Shown here one piece after another: positions 33,931 to 47,175 of a DNA stretch of 64,000 nt. Source of the DNA: Hemiscyllium ocellatum. Lineage: Eukaryota. Within the stretch, counting starts at the first letter, position 1, and every line of letters begins with the position of its first letter. Both the position numbers and the translations under genes were made by a program. The stretch is taken from assembly GCF_020745735.1 (NCBI RefSeq), contig NC_083435.1, forward strand, positions 4,255,905-4,319,904. The letters run 5' to 3'. Below the pieces are notes generated by a model that made no database searches, had not been told where the DNA came from, and was given only the letters and a program-made list of their open reading frames with translations.

Positions 33931-35045
33931 CCCTGCAGCCATACCCCACTGACCCTTCCTACGTCCACCGTTTACGCCGCTGTTGGGGGGGCGGGGGGAA
34001 GTTACTTCACGTACTCACGATTGCATCTGTGTGCACTCCTCGGCTCGGCTTAACCTTGGCGTTTTCAACACTTTTTTGCATCCTGCTAACCTCTGCCGGT
34101 TGGTTGCTCTCTCTAACGCCAAGGGGGGACTGTTGTTGTACTACCTCGGGAGCAATGCTCTTGCCATGACTACAGTACACACAGTGCGACTATCTTTCAT
34201 GCTCCTCTGTTCCGATCAGATAGCAGGGTTCCATCTGTATGTGTCTACTCCTACTCCTCCTACCCCGTACTAACCCTGGGGTAGGTCGGTCTGCTATCCA
34301 GGTACCCCTTCCATCATTGGCAACGTGCACACTAGCACTGTCCACTACATGCTAGCATCAGGGAACACTGTGTGCCCCGGCGACTCGCCTAACCATCAGA
34401 GCGCACGGCCTCTATCAACGGATTCGCCTAACGACCACGAGGAACAGCCACTAGCCACCACCCTTCGCTGTAAGGGTTAATGACTGGTTAGCCAAGGACG
34501 GGTGGGCCTCCTCGGATGAGAGGCTACCTAAAGCAGGCACAGTCAAACTGTGGGGCCGTACGTTCGAGTCATACTCAACGCTCGCACCAATGTCTGCGAC
34601 ACATGATTGTTCTATGAGACATTCTTCTCTGCACCAGACCCGGGCCACAGTACACCTGTTTGCTGCGTTTTGATTACTGCCGAGAACAAGACTGCTGCTA
34701 GTGTCCCATTTCGTATCCCTCACAAATTTACACTTGGGTGTTCCATGGACTGCAGACCTAAGCCCCCAGCCGATTTATTGCTCTTCTTTCTCCCCTCTAG
34801 AACTCTTCCGCCCGTTACTATACTATTCTGTGATACCTTCATACCTTCACCACTTCCCCGACCTCTGTCTGTCATTTTACCATAATTGATTAATTTGTCC
34901 TTTTGTTACCTTTGCAGAAGAACCCTCCCGGAGCGACACCTTAGTTTAGATTTGCATGTTTTTGTTTAAATTCTCCGTATGTACCTTGTTACGCGGGCGT
35001 CGCGATGAGGGGTGTGTGGCCTCTAAAAGAGGCCATGGGAGGGAA

Positions 35046-35855
35046 TGTTGGGGAGAATACACCATCAGATTGCCTAGAGTGGGGCTAGGGAGGGTAGCAC
35101 TATTGCTACAGCAGACATTACCAGTTCCAGTCCCCAAACAGTTAATCACAGCCATGGGGGAGAACCTAGCAACTGCAGGGCTACCTGTCTGAAGTAACAT
35201 TCCTCGCTGATTAGATCATGTCAGCCAGTATCAGACTGCCCCATTGAGAACTCATGACTAATAAAGGAACCGGTAACTGTCGAACGGTGTGAATTGCGCT
35301 ATCGGAGTATATGATTGTCAAAGCATCTGTTAATGTACCTACTAGAACGGATTCCCATCGAAACCCATGATAAATAATAATGATTGTTAATTCGCTTGCG
35401 GAAAACCATTGACTCTGTTACGGAAAACACCTAGCCTGTCAGACACATAGTAATGAGATCGATACTCTGAACAATGGACTATTGATTACAGGGTTGGAAC
35501 TGCCGACCCCAGGATGGCTGTACCATTGTCCGGCACAGCGGGAGCTGGACAGGCACCTCGATGCGGCCAATAGAGGCGCAGACCCCCTCGCTCTCAGGTG
35601 TACTGACCAATGAGGGGGACGAACGAGGGAGAACTGACCGGGAACTCCTGGCAGCGTGAAGTATAATTGAGCCAGGTCCGAAGGAGAAGACGGAACGCCT
35701 TCTCCAACGAATTGCATGCTGTAGAATTCGTTGTATAGTTTGCCAGTTTTGATTCTGTAAAATAAACGGTGCTCTGCTCCAAACTAAAGAAGCTGGTGCG
35801 GTCTCTCCTTCCAAAGAACTCGCAAAGACTGGAACCCCGAGGTTCCGGCCTAACA
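35046..35855 (+). repeat. 3' LTR (810 bp)
   Basis: Matches the 5' LTR with six substitutions and one 1-bp indel by visual comparison. Confidence 0.95.
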
Positions 35856-37310
35856 CTGGTCGATGAAGGTGGGGGATGAAGGTGATAGGTCAGAGAGGAG
35901 GGTGGAGCAGATAGATGGGAAAGACAATGGGCTGGTCAAGAGGGCGGTGCCAAGTTGGAGGCTTGGGACTAGGATAATGTGGGGGGAGGGAAAATGTGGA
36001 AACTGGTAAAATCCCCATTGATTCATTGCGTTTGCAGGGTCTCAAGGCAGTATATGAGGAGTTCTTCCTCCAGGCATCAGGTGGTAAGGGCTTGGTGATG
36101 GAGGAGGCTCAGGACCTGCATGTTCTTGGCGGATGGGGAGGGGGAGGGGGAGTTGAAGTGTTCAGCTACGGGGTGGTAGGGTTGCTGGGTGTGGGTATCC
36201 CAGAGATGTTCTCTGAAATTGCACACATTGCATGCAACTGATACAGTAGATGACATTGGTGGAGGTGCAGGTAAATTTCTGTTGGATGTGGAAGGATCCT
36301 TTGGGACCTTGAATAGAGGAGAGGGGTGAGTTGTGTCCACAGGTTTCCTGTGGCAGGGGAAGGTGCCGGGAGTGGGGTGTGGGTTGATGGGAGGAGGTAC
36401 ATGAATCTGACAAGGGAGTTGCGGAGGGAATGATCTTACTGGAACACTGATAGGGGTCAGGAGGGAAATGTTTCTCTGGTGGTGGGGTCTGTTTGTAGGT
36501 GGCGGAAGTGGTGGAGAATGATGCCATATACGGAGTTTGGTGGGTGGTAAGTGAGGACTGGGTTGGGGGGATGGGTCCTGTCCTTGCTGCGTTGGGAGGG
36601 GTAGGGTTTAAGGGTGGAGGTCCAGGAAGTGAAGGAGATGCGTGGGAGGGGAAATTGTGATCTTTGAAGGAAGAGACCATCTGGGATTTTCTAAGGTGGA
36701 ATTGGTCATCCTGGGAACAGATATGGTGGAGATGGAGGAAGTGGGAATCAGGGATGGTGTTTTTACAGGGGGTTGGGTGGGAGGAGGTGTAGTCTAGGTA
36801 GCTGTGGGAGGCGGTGGGCTTGTAGTAGATGTCTGTGGTTAGTCAGTAACCTGAGATGGCAATGAAGTGGTCCAGGAAGGGGAGGGAGGTGTCAGAGATG
36901 GTCCAGGTGAATTTGAGGTCAGGGTGAAAGGTGTTAGTGAAGTTGATGAACTGTTCAACCTCCTCACGGGAGCATGAGGTGGGGCCGATGCAGTCATCAA
37001 TGTAGCCGAGGAGCAGGTGGGAGGTGGTGCCGGTGCAGCTGTAGAAGATGGGCTGTTCCACATACCCACAAAGAGACTGGTATAGTTGGGCTCCATGAGG
37101 GTGCCCATGACTGCCCTTTTGGTTTGGAGGAAGTGGGAGGATTGAAAAGAGAAGTTGTTGAGAGTGAGGACCAGTTCAGCCAGATGGATGAGGGTGTCAG
37201 TGGAACGGTACTGGTTGGGACGGCATGTGAGGAAGAAACGGAAGGCTTGGAGGCCTTTGTCATGGCGGATCAATGTGTACAGGGACTGGATGATCATGGT
37301 GAAGTTTAAA

Positions 37311-37362
37311 TTCCCTGACTGGGAATTGAACCCAGGCCGTGGCATCGAGAGTGGTAAATCAT
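37311..37362 (-). pseudogene. Degenerate tRNA-Glu(CTC)-like 3' fragment
   Basis: Minus strand GATTTACCACTCTCGATGCCACGGCCTGGGTTCAATTCCCAGTCAGGGAA resembles the tRNA-Glu anticodon arm, T arm and acceptor 3' strand. The 5' part is missing. Confidence 0.65.
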
Positions 37363-37365
37363 AAG

Positions 37366-38455
37366 CCACCAATTCCACCTTGGGAAATCCCAGATGGCCT
37401 CCTTCTTCAAAGACTGCAATTTCCCCTCCCACATGGTCGATGAAGCCCTCCAGTGTAGCTCCTCCACTTCCCACACCTCCGCCCTCGAACCCCACCCTCC
37501 CATCTGCAACTAGGACAGAACTGCCCCCCCCCACCCCCAACCACCACCAGGTCATCACCTTCCACCCCACCAACCTCCAGATGCAGCGCATTACCCTCTG
37601 CCACTTCTTCCATCTACAAACAGACCCCAGCACCAGGGATATATTTCCCTCCCAGCCCTATCTGCTTTCCATAAAGACTGTTCCCTCTGCGACTCCCTCG
37701 ACAGGCACACCTCCCCCACCAGCCGACACCCCACTCCTGGCACCTTCCCCTGCCACCTCAGGAAGTGCAAAGCCTGCACCCACACCTTCCCCGTCACCTC
37801 CATTCAAGGCCCCAAAGGATCCTTCCATATCTGACAGAAATTTACCTGTATCTCCACCAACATCATCTACTGCATCCATTGCACCGATGTGGTCTCCTCT
37901 ACAGGATGCCTCCTTGCAGATCATTTCAGAGACCATCTCTGGAACACCTGCACCTATTAACCCCACCACCCCCTGGCTGAACACTTCAACTAGCCCCCCC
38001 CCCACTCTGTCAATGACATGCAGGTTCCTGGGCCTCCACCACCGCCAAACCATGACTATTCGACTCCTGGAGGAAGAACGTCTCATACTCCACCTTGGGA
38101 TCCTCCAACCACACGGAATCAATGTGGATTTTGCCAGTTTCCTCATTTCTCCTCCCCCCACCCTCCCCACCCCACCACATTATCCCAGTCCCTGGCCTCC
38201 AACTCAGCACTGCTCTCCTGACCTGTCTATCACCTTTCCCATCTATCCGCCCTATGCCTACCTCCCAACACTTTCTCCCTCATCTTCATCTACCTATGAC
38301 ATTCCCCCACAGCCCTAACCATCTCCCGTATATCTCTCAGTCTCCCGACCCACAAGCATCTTTCCTGATGAAGGCCTTTTGCCAGAAATGTCGATTCTCC
38401 AGCTCCCTGGAGGCTTGCCTGGCCTGCTGTGCTTTTCCAACACCACACTCTCAAC
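37366..38455 (+). mobile_element. Second Penelope-like fragment (GIY-YIG end plus tail), inverted relative to the first
   Basis: Peptides VITFHPTNL and LEEERLILHLGILQPHGINVDF. Ends in a family A tail with CTGATGAAGG at about 38365. Confidence 0.8.
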
Positions 38456-39539
38456 ACATCTCGATACAATGGTGATTTTGAGTCTGATTCAAGAACTGGA
38501 TGTGGAATTTCCCCGAATGAGCGCTGTTGCTTCGCTCCTCCCCCCCAACTTCCCCATCCCCCACACCTCCCCAAAAGGGGAACGAGAAGTAACAAGACTT
38601 GGAGAATCACTTCTGCTTTGGGCAGAGGAGCGGAACATTGTAAGCAATTCAATTGATCTCATCCTAGCTATGACAAATCCTCTGAGATAGATTGCCAATG
38701 GGAGGGTGTGTCCAAATACTCATGAGATGTGAATCAAAATGACGAAATTTGCAAGGGTGAGGAGTGGGGGGGGGGGGAGGTGGAGGGGGGGGGTGGGGGG
38801 GGGAGGTGTGATTGATCATTTCCCAGGAGCCCGTAAATCCCAAATCTGTGCTTTCCACCACCCAGTGAAATATCCAGGGGAGCATAGACCGGGGAAGGCG
38901 AGTGTCAGCTGCTATCGAGGAACCCTGAAGGACATCACAGATTCACACAACTGTTACCACGGAGAGGGAGACCCTTCAGCCCATCGTGCCCGCACCCATT
39001 CTGTTCCAAAGTCTTCTTCACATTTTATAGCCAGGCTACCAGATGGGTGGAATCCTTTGTGAACTTTTAATGAGATTTGAAGACACACAGCATCGGGGAA
39101 GTTGGAGGTGATTGCTGTGGGATTTGCTCTGTCCTGTGGGGTACCTGACCATCGTATGGCTGTTACCCCAACTTGGGCTCTGTGTAAATACCTGTAATAT
39201 TGGAATACAATTCAGATTGATCTTTGCACAGTCTAACCCCTCCTTCTTTTTGTCAATAAACTTGGCCCATGTCTGTTCTGTGTGAGATTGATTTGGAATA
39301 AATCGGTCATGCTGGTTGATGACAGAAATCTGCCCAAATTGTTTTAACTGTGAAACCGGATGCAGCCTAACATCTACAGTACGTAACCGACCGGAGGGAT
39401 GACTCGGACTGAATTTGAAATTGATTACGAGCAGTGGGATTCGGAGAGAGTTGTGCCACCTCTCCAATCTCAGTCAGGCACGAAGCTTCATTGAGAGGGT
39501 GTGAGAGGACAAGAGCAACAGGTGACATTGAACCTGAAA

Positions 39540-40010
39540 AGATTTCCCGAGATGTTACTGCAGTTGGGAGGATTTGAGTTATAAGCAGAAGCTGAATAGG
39601 CTGGAACTTTTTTCCCCCTGGAGTGTTGGAAGCTGAGTTGGTGACCTTATAGAGGTTTATAAAAAAATCATGAGGGGCATAGATAAAGTGAATCAAAATG
39701 ACATTTTCCCTAGGGTTGGAAGTCCAAAACTAGAGGGTATGGTTTAAACTGAGAGGAAGCATATTTAAAAGGGATCTCAGGGGCAACTTTTCCATGCAGA
39801 AGGTGGTGCGCGTTTGGAATGAACTGCCAGATGAAGTGATGGTTGCTGGTATAGTTACAATATTTAAAAGACATTTGGACAGGTACATGACTAGGAAAGG
39901 TTCATGGGCCAAATGCAGGCAAATGGGACTAGTTCTGTTTGGGAAAATTGGGTCGGCATGGATGAGTTGGACCGAAGGGTCTGTTTCAATGCTGTATGAT
40001 TCTATGAATC
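39540..40010 (+). mobile_element. CR1-type LINE 3' end
   Basis: QKVVRVWNELPDEV...IFKRHLDRYM and a (CTATGA)-type tail. Confidence 0.85.
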
Positions 40011-41539
40011 GAATAAAACACAGGTCTGGCATCAGCTGCAATATAGTACCACACTCTAGGAAGGATTTGGGGGGTGGGGTGGGATGGGGGGTGGGTTTGA
40101 GCTGGGTTGGGTTGCAGAGACAGGAGATTGCAAGGTGGGAATATTGGCAAAGCAGAAATCCAAAGGCTAAGGCTAATCTTCTGAGGGGAGGGTGGGAGAG
40201 GGTGTTGGTCCAAATTTCATCCTTGCTGAGTGCGGCCTACACTAACTCCAGACCCAGAGCAGTAGGGTAGACACTTCACTACCACCTCACACGCTCCTGA
40301 AATGCATAAGCAAGACATGGAGTTCGAGGGCAATAAATGCTGGTCTGGTCAGTGACACATCCAGTGAAAACAATGGACTGTCTAAGAGAGTGGGGGGAGG
40401 GAGGTTCACTCGAGGGGTTAGGGTCTGGGGTGTACTGTCTGAGAGTATGGGGGAGGGTCACTCAAAGGGTTAGGGTCTGGAGCGTAATGTCTGAGAGTGT
40501 GGGGGGGAGGGGAGGGTCACTCAAGGGGTTAGGTTCTGGGGTGTACTGTCTGAGAGTGTGTGTGTGTGAGGGGGTGGGGGGTGGGGGGGGGGGGAGAGGT
40601 ATGTGAGACTGGGTGAGTGGAGGTACCTCCTGTTGAAAACCTTACCCAAGTGTTCTTTTTCAGCTGTTGCATGGAAAAGGACGCATTAGCATTCTAACCA
40701 TCAGGAACATTGTGGCATTTCGTGTGCAATTTCTGCCCCTCCATCTGTTTCCTTTCTCTGGTAAAATAACTGTGTGAAGATGACGAATGTGTTCCTCAAA
40801 CTGCAAGCTTGAGGGGGTTAGCTGAGAATCCTTCAAACTACAGCTGAAACCGGAGCTTGGAGAGAATGACTGGGAAACTCAACATCCATTTCACAGCCAT
40901 TCTGTCACTTTACGTTTTCGGTAAGTATTTCCCTTTGTTGAAAGAACGCTGCTGATGTTATTTGAAATGTTTCACTGCATGTCTGAGTGAGGGTTATCAC
41001 TTTTCGGAATCTCCAGGGTAGACCTTGGTACTGTTGTCCCAAGCTAACCCCCTGACATCGTGCCCCATTCACTCTTCAGGGTACCCCGAAACCATGATGC
41101 TGCCAAGTGAGGAATGATAACTCACCCCCCCTTGTTTATTCACTCTGCCTCTCAGTCATTTTCAACAGGATTAGTTTAGAAAGGATTTATTCTCTTGTGA
41201 TTAACTTCCTGACTCCAAAGGCACTGGCGTTTTTAAAAGGATCTAAATTATCCAGGCAGGAATTGTTGAGTTTAAAAAGAATGAGTTTGTTAACTGCTAA
41301 TCACGAAAAAAAAAATGATTTTACAAAACGTGTCCTGCATACAGATGGATTAGAAACTGGTACTGAGTTAGAAAAGACAAACGGATTATTACTTGGAAGA
41401 GTAGATGGCAGAACATACAATACTATTAACCCTGATGTCGGTCTTAAAGGTGTTCATAGGTTTTTAAGTTAGTTCTGTTCCTGTTTCCAAGTTGTTTTTA
41501 ACCACCTGGTCTAACCTGCAGCACTTAAAACGAGAGACT

Positions 41540-42256
41540 GACAGGTGGAGGTTAATTTAGATAAATGTGAGGCGTTACATTTTGGAAAAGCAAATCAGGG
41601 CAGGATTTAATGGCAAGGTCCCGGGGTCGGTTGCTGAACAAAGAGACATTTGAGTGCAGGTTCATAGTTCCTTGGAAGTGGAGCCGCAGGTAGATAGGAT
41701 AATGAAGAAGGTGTTTGGTACACTTGGTCAGTGTGTTGAGTATAGAATTTGGGAAGTCACATTGTAGCCATACCGGACATTGTGTGGGTCACTTTAGAAT
41801 GCTTTATTCAATTCTGGTCTCCTTGCTGTTGGAGACATGTTGTTGAAATTGAAAAGGGTTAGAGAGTTTGCTATGGTTGGAGAGTTTGAGCTATAAGGAG
41901 AGGCTGAATCGGCTGGGGCTATTTTCCTTGGAAACTAGGGGTAACCTTGTAGAGGTTTATAAAATCAGAAGGGGCATGGATAAAATAAATAGACAAGATC
42001 GTTTCCCGAGGATAGGGGAACCCAAAATTAGGGACTTAAGAGGCAAGCCAGGGGCAATTTTATCATGGAGAGTGTGATGCGTGTACGCAAGAGTATTGTA
42101 ATTATTATTATAACACAATTATAATATTTAAAAGGCATCTGAATGGGTATATGAATAGCCAAATGCTGGTAAATTGAACTAGATGTATTTAAGATATCTG
42201 GTTGCATGGACGAGTTGGACCAAAGGGTCTGTTTCTGTGTTGTCCAGCTCTATGAC
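41540..42256 (+). mobile_element. CR1-type LINE 3' end, degraded
   Basis: ORF 41868-42077 LSYKERLNRLGLFSLE. Confidence 0.8.
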
Positions 42257-43569
42257 CCTTTATTTACAGTGGAGGCGTGTCCCCTGGCTGTACTCAAGTT
42301 GTGATTGTCACAGGGCACTAGCCTATACTGTCTGATCAGCCCTCTAATATTCCCAAACCACAAGATACCGTTGGATTTTAACCCTTTTCGTTGCATATTG
42401 CTGGAAATTTTATGATTATAGATGGGGACATAAGCCACAGAAGATGGCTACAGAGAGAATGAGGGGCTGATCATGTTTCTGAAGAGGAACTCGCTGGAGA
42501 TCATACCTAATTTGTTTTGAATTACATTTCTCCTCTTGAAGGTGCCTTGGCTCCTTCTGGTGTGATATTCTATGGTTCTTCCCAAGGCTTTGCTCGAAGG
42601 TCACTGCAGTTACATCAACGGTTATACTGTGGTCTCTACTAAAAAAAACCCATGTTGCAATTAAAAGTTCAATTCACCCACCAGTAATCCGGGGATATGA
42701 TCCATTGTTATGACAATAGGGAGTGTGACTGAGGAAATTCCTCACTGTTGTTCCATGGTTGTCTTCTGTTTTGGACAACTGAACGTGGCTGGAGTTAGGC
42801 TGTGGAGATTGTCAATGGGAGTTCTGAAGTGAACAGTCCACTACTCTGTGAGATTTAAGTCTGAAATTCACTCTCAAAACCCTCTACCTTTAAAGGGGCG
42901 TGCTCCTGGTCCACGGAGTTTGAAGATCCATCTTCAGGATTATCATTTCCCGGATTAATGGCCAACAACGCGGATTCAGAGCTGAGCGCTGACTTTTCTG
43001 AGTTGGGATCGGGCTTTGACGACGAGAATATAGAAGATAACCCTCATCCCAGTCAATGGTCTCCCAACAAGATGCCAGCATTTATTGTCTATTCTGCGGT
43101 CTCACTTCTCTGTGGGAAGATCTTGGCTTTCCTGGGAATCATGATGGTGTATCGAAGGGCATGTCTGATCGATAGAGGACTTAACCACTCACTGAATTCA
43201 CTTTCACGTGGCCATAAATCGTGGAGTATTGGAACGATACCACGGTGATTGTAGACTGTTTGACCCGTTGTACCTCTGCTAGCCCATTGGAAAGGTCACC
43301 GCTGAATTCCAGCTCCTCGGGCTCCCTCCTCAACACCCCTACATCTGTTTACGTTTTGCTTCCTTTTGACTACCATTTCTGAACAACACATTGACTTGAG
43401 GTGGTTAAACGGATCCCAAGCAACATGCCAAATAAGCACAAGCGTGTGGAGAAGACTCTATTTCTTATAGAATGCAGCATTACATCTGCTTCCCTCCCGT
43501 CTACAACACCATGTCCCTCTGTATGCTGTGATTTGCTTATAACCCATATTGCCTATGGGGCTGTGCTAA

Positions 43570-43830
43570 CTTAATGGTATTATTGCTAGGCTATTAATGC
43601 AGAGACTCAGGTAATGTTCTGTGAACCTGTGTTCAAATCCTGCTGTGGACTTTGGAATCAACAGTAATCTGAAAATAAGTGTCTGATGATAACCATGGAC
43701 TCATTTCCGATTGTCAGATGAAAACCCCATCTGCTTCACTGATGCCCTTTTGGGAATGAAACTGCCATCCTTACCTGGTCTGGCCGACATGGGGTTGACT
43801 CCTAACTGCCCTCTGGTCAATCAGGGTTGG
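43570..43830 (+). mobile_element. Old tRNA-derived SINE-like element
   Basis: A/B-box-like TGGTATTATTGCTAGG...GTTCAAATCC head. Related fragments at about 5670-5700 and 5970-6150. Confidence 0.4.
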
Positions 43831-45359
43831 ACCACCTCCCATCTGGTCATTGACCCAGTAACAAGAAAGGCCTGATCGGAGCAATGCTTACATGAGAAAG
43901 AAATGGAAGGGGTGGATAGGGATTCAATCAAAATAAAATCAGCGGTCTCTCTTTATATGTGCTCTAAATACTTAATCTTCTTTTTCTCAACTGGGGAAAT
44001 TCTAATCTTCTGGTTATTCATTTTTTTCTAATTCCCCTATTTATACATTATGTGTTATACCCCTACACTACTGCCATACAGCATCCATGTTGTGTGTGTG
44101 TCTGTGTATAGATGTAGGTGTAAGACACAACATGAACACCAGATATAAATAACTTTATTAATACTCCATCCCCAGGAGAAACATGCAAGGAACCCGTGAC
44201 AAGCTGAGCCCCATGGGGGGGGGGAGTGCCCATGTGAAACAGAAAAGGGAAGGGGGAGAGTAGGAATTAAATCAAAACCGAATCCGCAGTCTCCCTTAAT
44301 AAGTGTTCTGAGTACTTAATTAACAAAGCCCTTCCCTGGGGATCAAAGTCACATGATGACCTCCCCCCACCCCGGTTCATTGGAAAGAGCGATGCTTGAC
44401 ATAGTCAGAATCTGCACTCTAACAACAACTCTGCATTTATATAGCACATTCAGTGCAGCAGGATATTTCAAAGTGTTTTTGTCCCCTGCGCAGCTATCGA
44501 GCAAAGTCTGATACTTTACCCTGGTCAGGAAGGGTAACTGAAAGCTGAGTGGAGGGAACGTGTTTCCAGGAGGAAGGGGGTTTGGGGGAGATAGGGCCCG
44601 AGGTGTAGGGAGGAGAGTTTGGAGCTGAGGGTCGAGAGGGCTGACTGCACGGCTACCTTGGGCGCAGCAGTTTAAGCTGGCAGGGATGGGGTGGGCCGCT
44701 GACAAGGTCAGAATCAGGGGGTTACAGAGGGCTTGGAGACTGGAGGAGACGCCTGAGTTTGGGAGGGGTGAGGCCATGGAGGGATTCGGGAGCGAGAGTG
44801 GAAAACATTGCGGTGGAGGCGTAGCTGGACAAAGTGCGGCAGCAATGTCTGTCAACAAGAACAGGGGAGAGGGGCTGATGGGTCTGTCTGAGACAGGGAT
44901 GTAGGCAGTAGGTGGCACGACCAGTTCCATCTCTCAGTAACAAAGACACGGATGAAGACTTGAGCAGCTGAGAATTAGGCAACGTTACAATGCAGATGTG
45001 AATTAAAAAAAAGACATTTATTCAGACAGGTGTCATCACATAATAGCTCTTGATGTCTTAAAGCTGTGACAAGCAATGAAGTATCCTGGGAGTATGGATG
45101 TAAGTGGGAGTAGGGAGTCTGCATGACTGTGGGTCACAGTGGATCCTACAAACACACATCAATCTCATTTTGTATCACTGGTCCTGTCACATATAACTCT
45201 GAAACCGTTTGTAACTTCCACCAGCATTTTCTTGACCTGCAGAGGGAAGGGGGGGGGGGTCCTCAGCCAGGTTATAATCTGGGACCTGGGAATGACCATT
45301 GCTTGTTGGCAGGAGGGACATGCCTTCTGAGGGCAGTTTGTGTCTCAAAGGATGCCTTT

Positions 45360-45374
45360 AGAGAGAGAGAGACC

Positions 45375-45420
<46 letters not shown>
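45360..45420. repeat. (GA)n microsatellite
   Basis: Direct reading. Confidence 0.95.
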
Positions 45421-46961
45421 AGTGGACATCGTAGGGGATACAGTGCTTTTTCTCCCCTCTCCAACTCCATTTCGATTTAGCCCACCTCCTCCTCACATTC
45501 GCTTTTCCCCCAACATGGGCTTCGCTTGGAAATACTTGATTGGCTGCCTGGGTGGTCACTGGCAGCAGTTAATGGCGGGGAAAAAAAAATCCTAAAAGGG
45601 AAGGTCTGGGTGATTCTGGTGGTGGACAGGTCACTCAGTTGCGTGTGGTAACGCTACTGGGTAGAGACAACATAGACATGTCCCCACAGGGTGGGGGTGG
45701 TGGGGGTGTGGGGTGTTGGGGGGTGCTGTGTGGGGGAGGTCAAACTCAGCACAGCTCCTTCATCAGCCCCACGAGGAGTTGACGGGCAGGAAACCACGTG
45801 CAGCTGATGTGGTCCAGCTCCTCCAAACCACAAACCCCATCGGAAAGTTCGGTCATGCATCAACTTGAAAGACGTCTGAGTTGTTAAAATCAATCTCCAG
45901 GTGGTTTGTTCAGACACCAAGTAACCGAATAGACATAAAGAAACCCAGGAGGAGGCCATTCAGCCCCTTGAGCCTGTTCTGCCATCCATGGTCAATCTGT
46001 GGCCTAACTCCATCTACCTGCGTTTGCCTATATCCCCCTAAAATCTTTGCTTAACAGAGATTTAACGGTCTCAGATTTGAGATTAACAACTGATCCAGCA
46101 CCCACTGCCCATTGTGGGAGAGGGTAATAAATCTCTATCCCACTTTGTGAGTGGGAGTGCTTCCTGACCTCTCTCCTGAATGGTCTGACCCTAAAACACA
46201 TGAGCCATGGCGAGAGAGAAGCCCCTCCTTCTACTGAGGACACGACAATCACTTCTGCATGTTTAGGCCCGAAGTGCCCGGCCTTTCCTCTCTGCTCCTG
46301 GCCTACTTCATCCTCACAGAAGCTGTTCCTCCATCTAAAACCTCCTTACTTCCCTCCACCTTCCCCTCCCTTAAGTTCTTGGGACTGGTGGACTATGTCC
46401 ACGCCACCCACTTGTTGCCTGATCAGTCACTGACGGAGGAATAATCCCAAGTTAACACATCATCCCCCACCCATGCCTCCACCCCCACCACCCACAACAA
46501 GATACTTTCTGACCTATCTTGGTGTCACCTGTGAATTTCACTAGCACACCTTTGCTCTCCCTCACCTAAGGTACTGATGTAAGTTGCAAAACATTGTCAT
46601 CTGGAAACATAAAGCACAGACCCCACATGTCACACCTGTCCAATCAGACAAAGACCCATTTAGACGTACTCTCCATTTCCTACGGCCGACCAGTCTTCTA
46701 TTCGTGCTACACCTTGAGCTTCCATTTCCCACGACTTTCCATGCGACACCTTCTCAAATGCCTGCTAGAAATCCAAATACAGTACATCTATGGGTCGCCC
46801 TTCATCCAGGCACATGGTACAGCTTCAAAGGACGCCAGCAAATTGGTTAAACATGATTTCCCTTTGACACACTGCACTCTCTCTCCCCAGGTTGAGTCAG
46901 AGTTATAAGTTAACCTTCGTACAATAGGCAGATTTCCAGCCCAACCCGGACCAGCAGAAGG

Positions 46962-47175
46962 CAGAAGTGGGTACTGCAGATACTGGAGATTAGAGTCAAG
47001 ATTAGAGTGGTGCTGGAAAAGCACAGCAGGTCAGCCAGCATCCGAGGAGCAGGAAAAATCGACGTTTCGCGATCATTCCTGATGAAGAGCTATTGCCCGA
47101 AACATTGATTTTTCCTGCTCCTCAGATGCTGCCTGACCTGCTGTGCTTTTCCAGCACCACTCTAATCTTGACTCT
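46962..47175. mobile_element. Fold-back Penelope-tail element (family A)
   Basis: Inverted arms around about 47072; CCTGATGAAGAGC...CCCGAAAC. Confidence 0.75.

Larger units (their letters stand above)
28323..35855 (+). mobile_element. Internally deleted class-I (gamma/epsilon-like) endogenous retrovirus
   Basis: Paired LTRs TG...CA, 4-bp TSD CTGG (28319-28322 and 35856-35859), PBS-like TGG at 29134, polypurine tract at about 35025-35045, gag and env remnants, no pol. Confidence 0.93.
28176..37300 (-). mobile_element. Penelope-like element (RT plus GIY-YIG), degraded, split by the ERV (parts 28176-28322 and 35856-37300)
   Basis: Minus-strand peptides LAELVLTLNNFSF...MGT..PNY..LFVG, YIDDCIG and FTCTSTNVIYCISC. 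Sequence is continuous across the CTGG target-site duplication. Confidence 0.85.
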
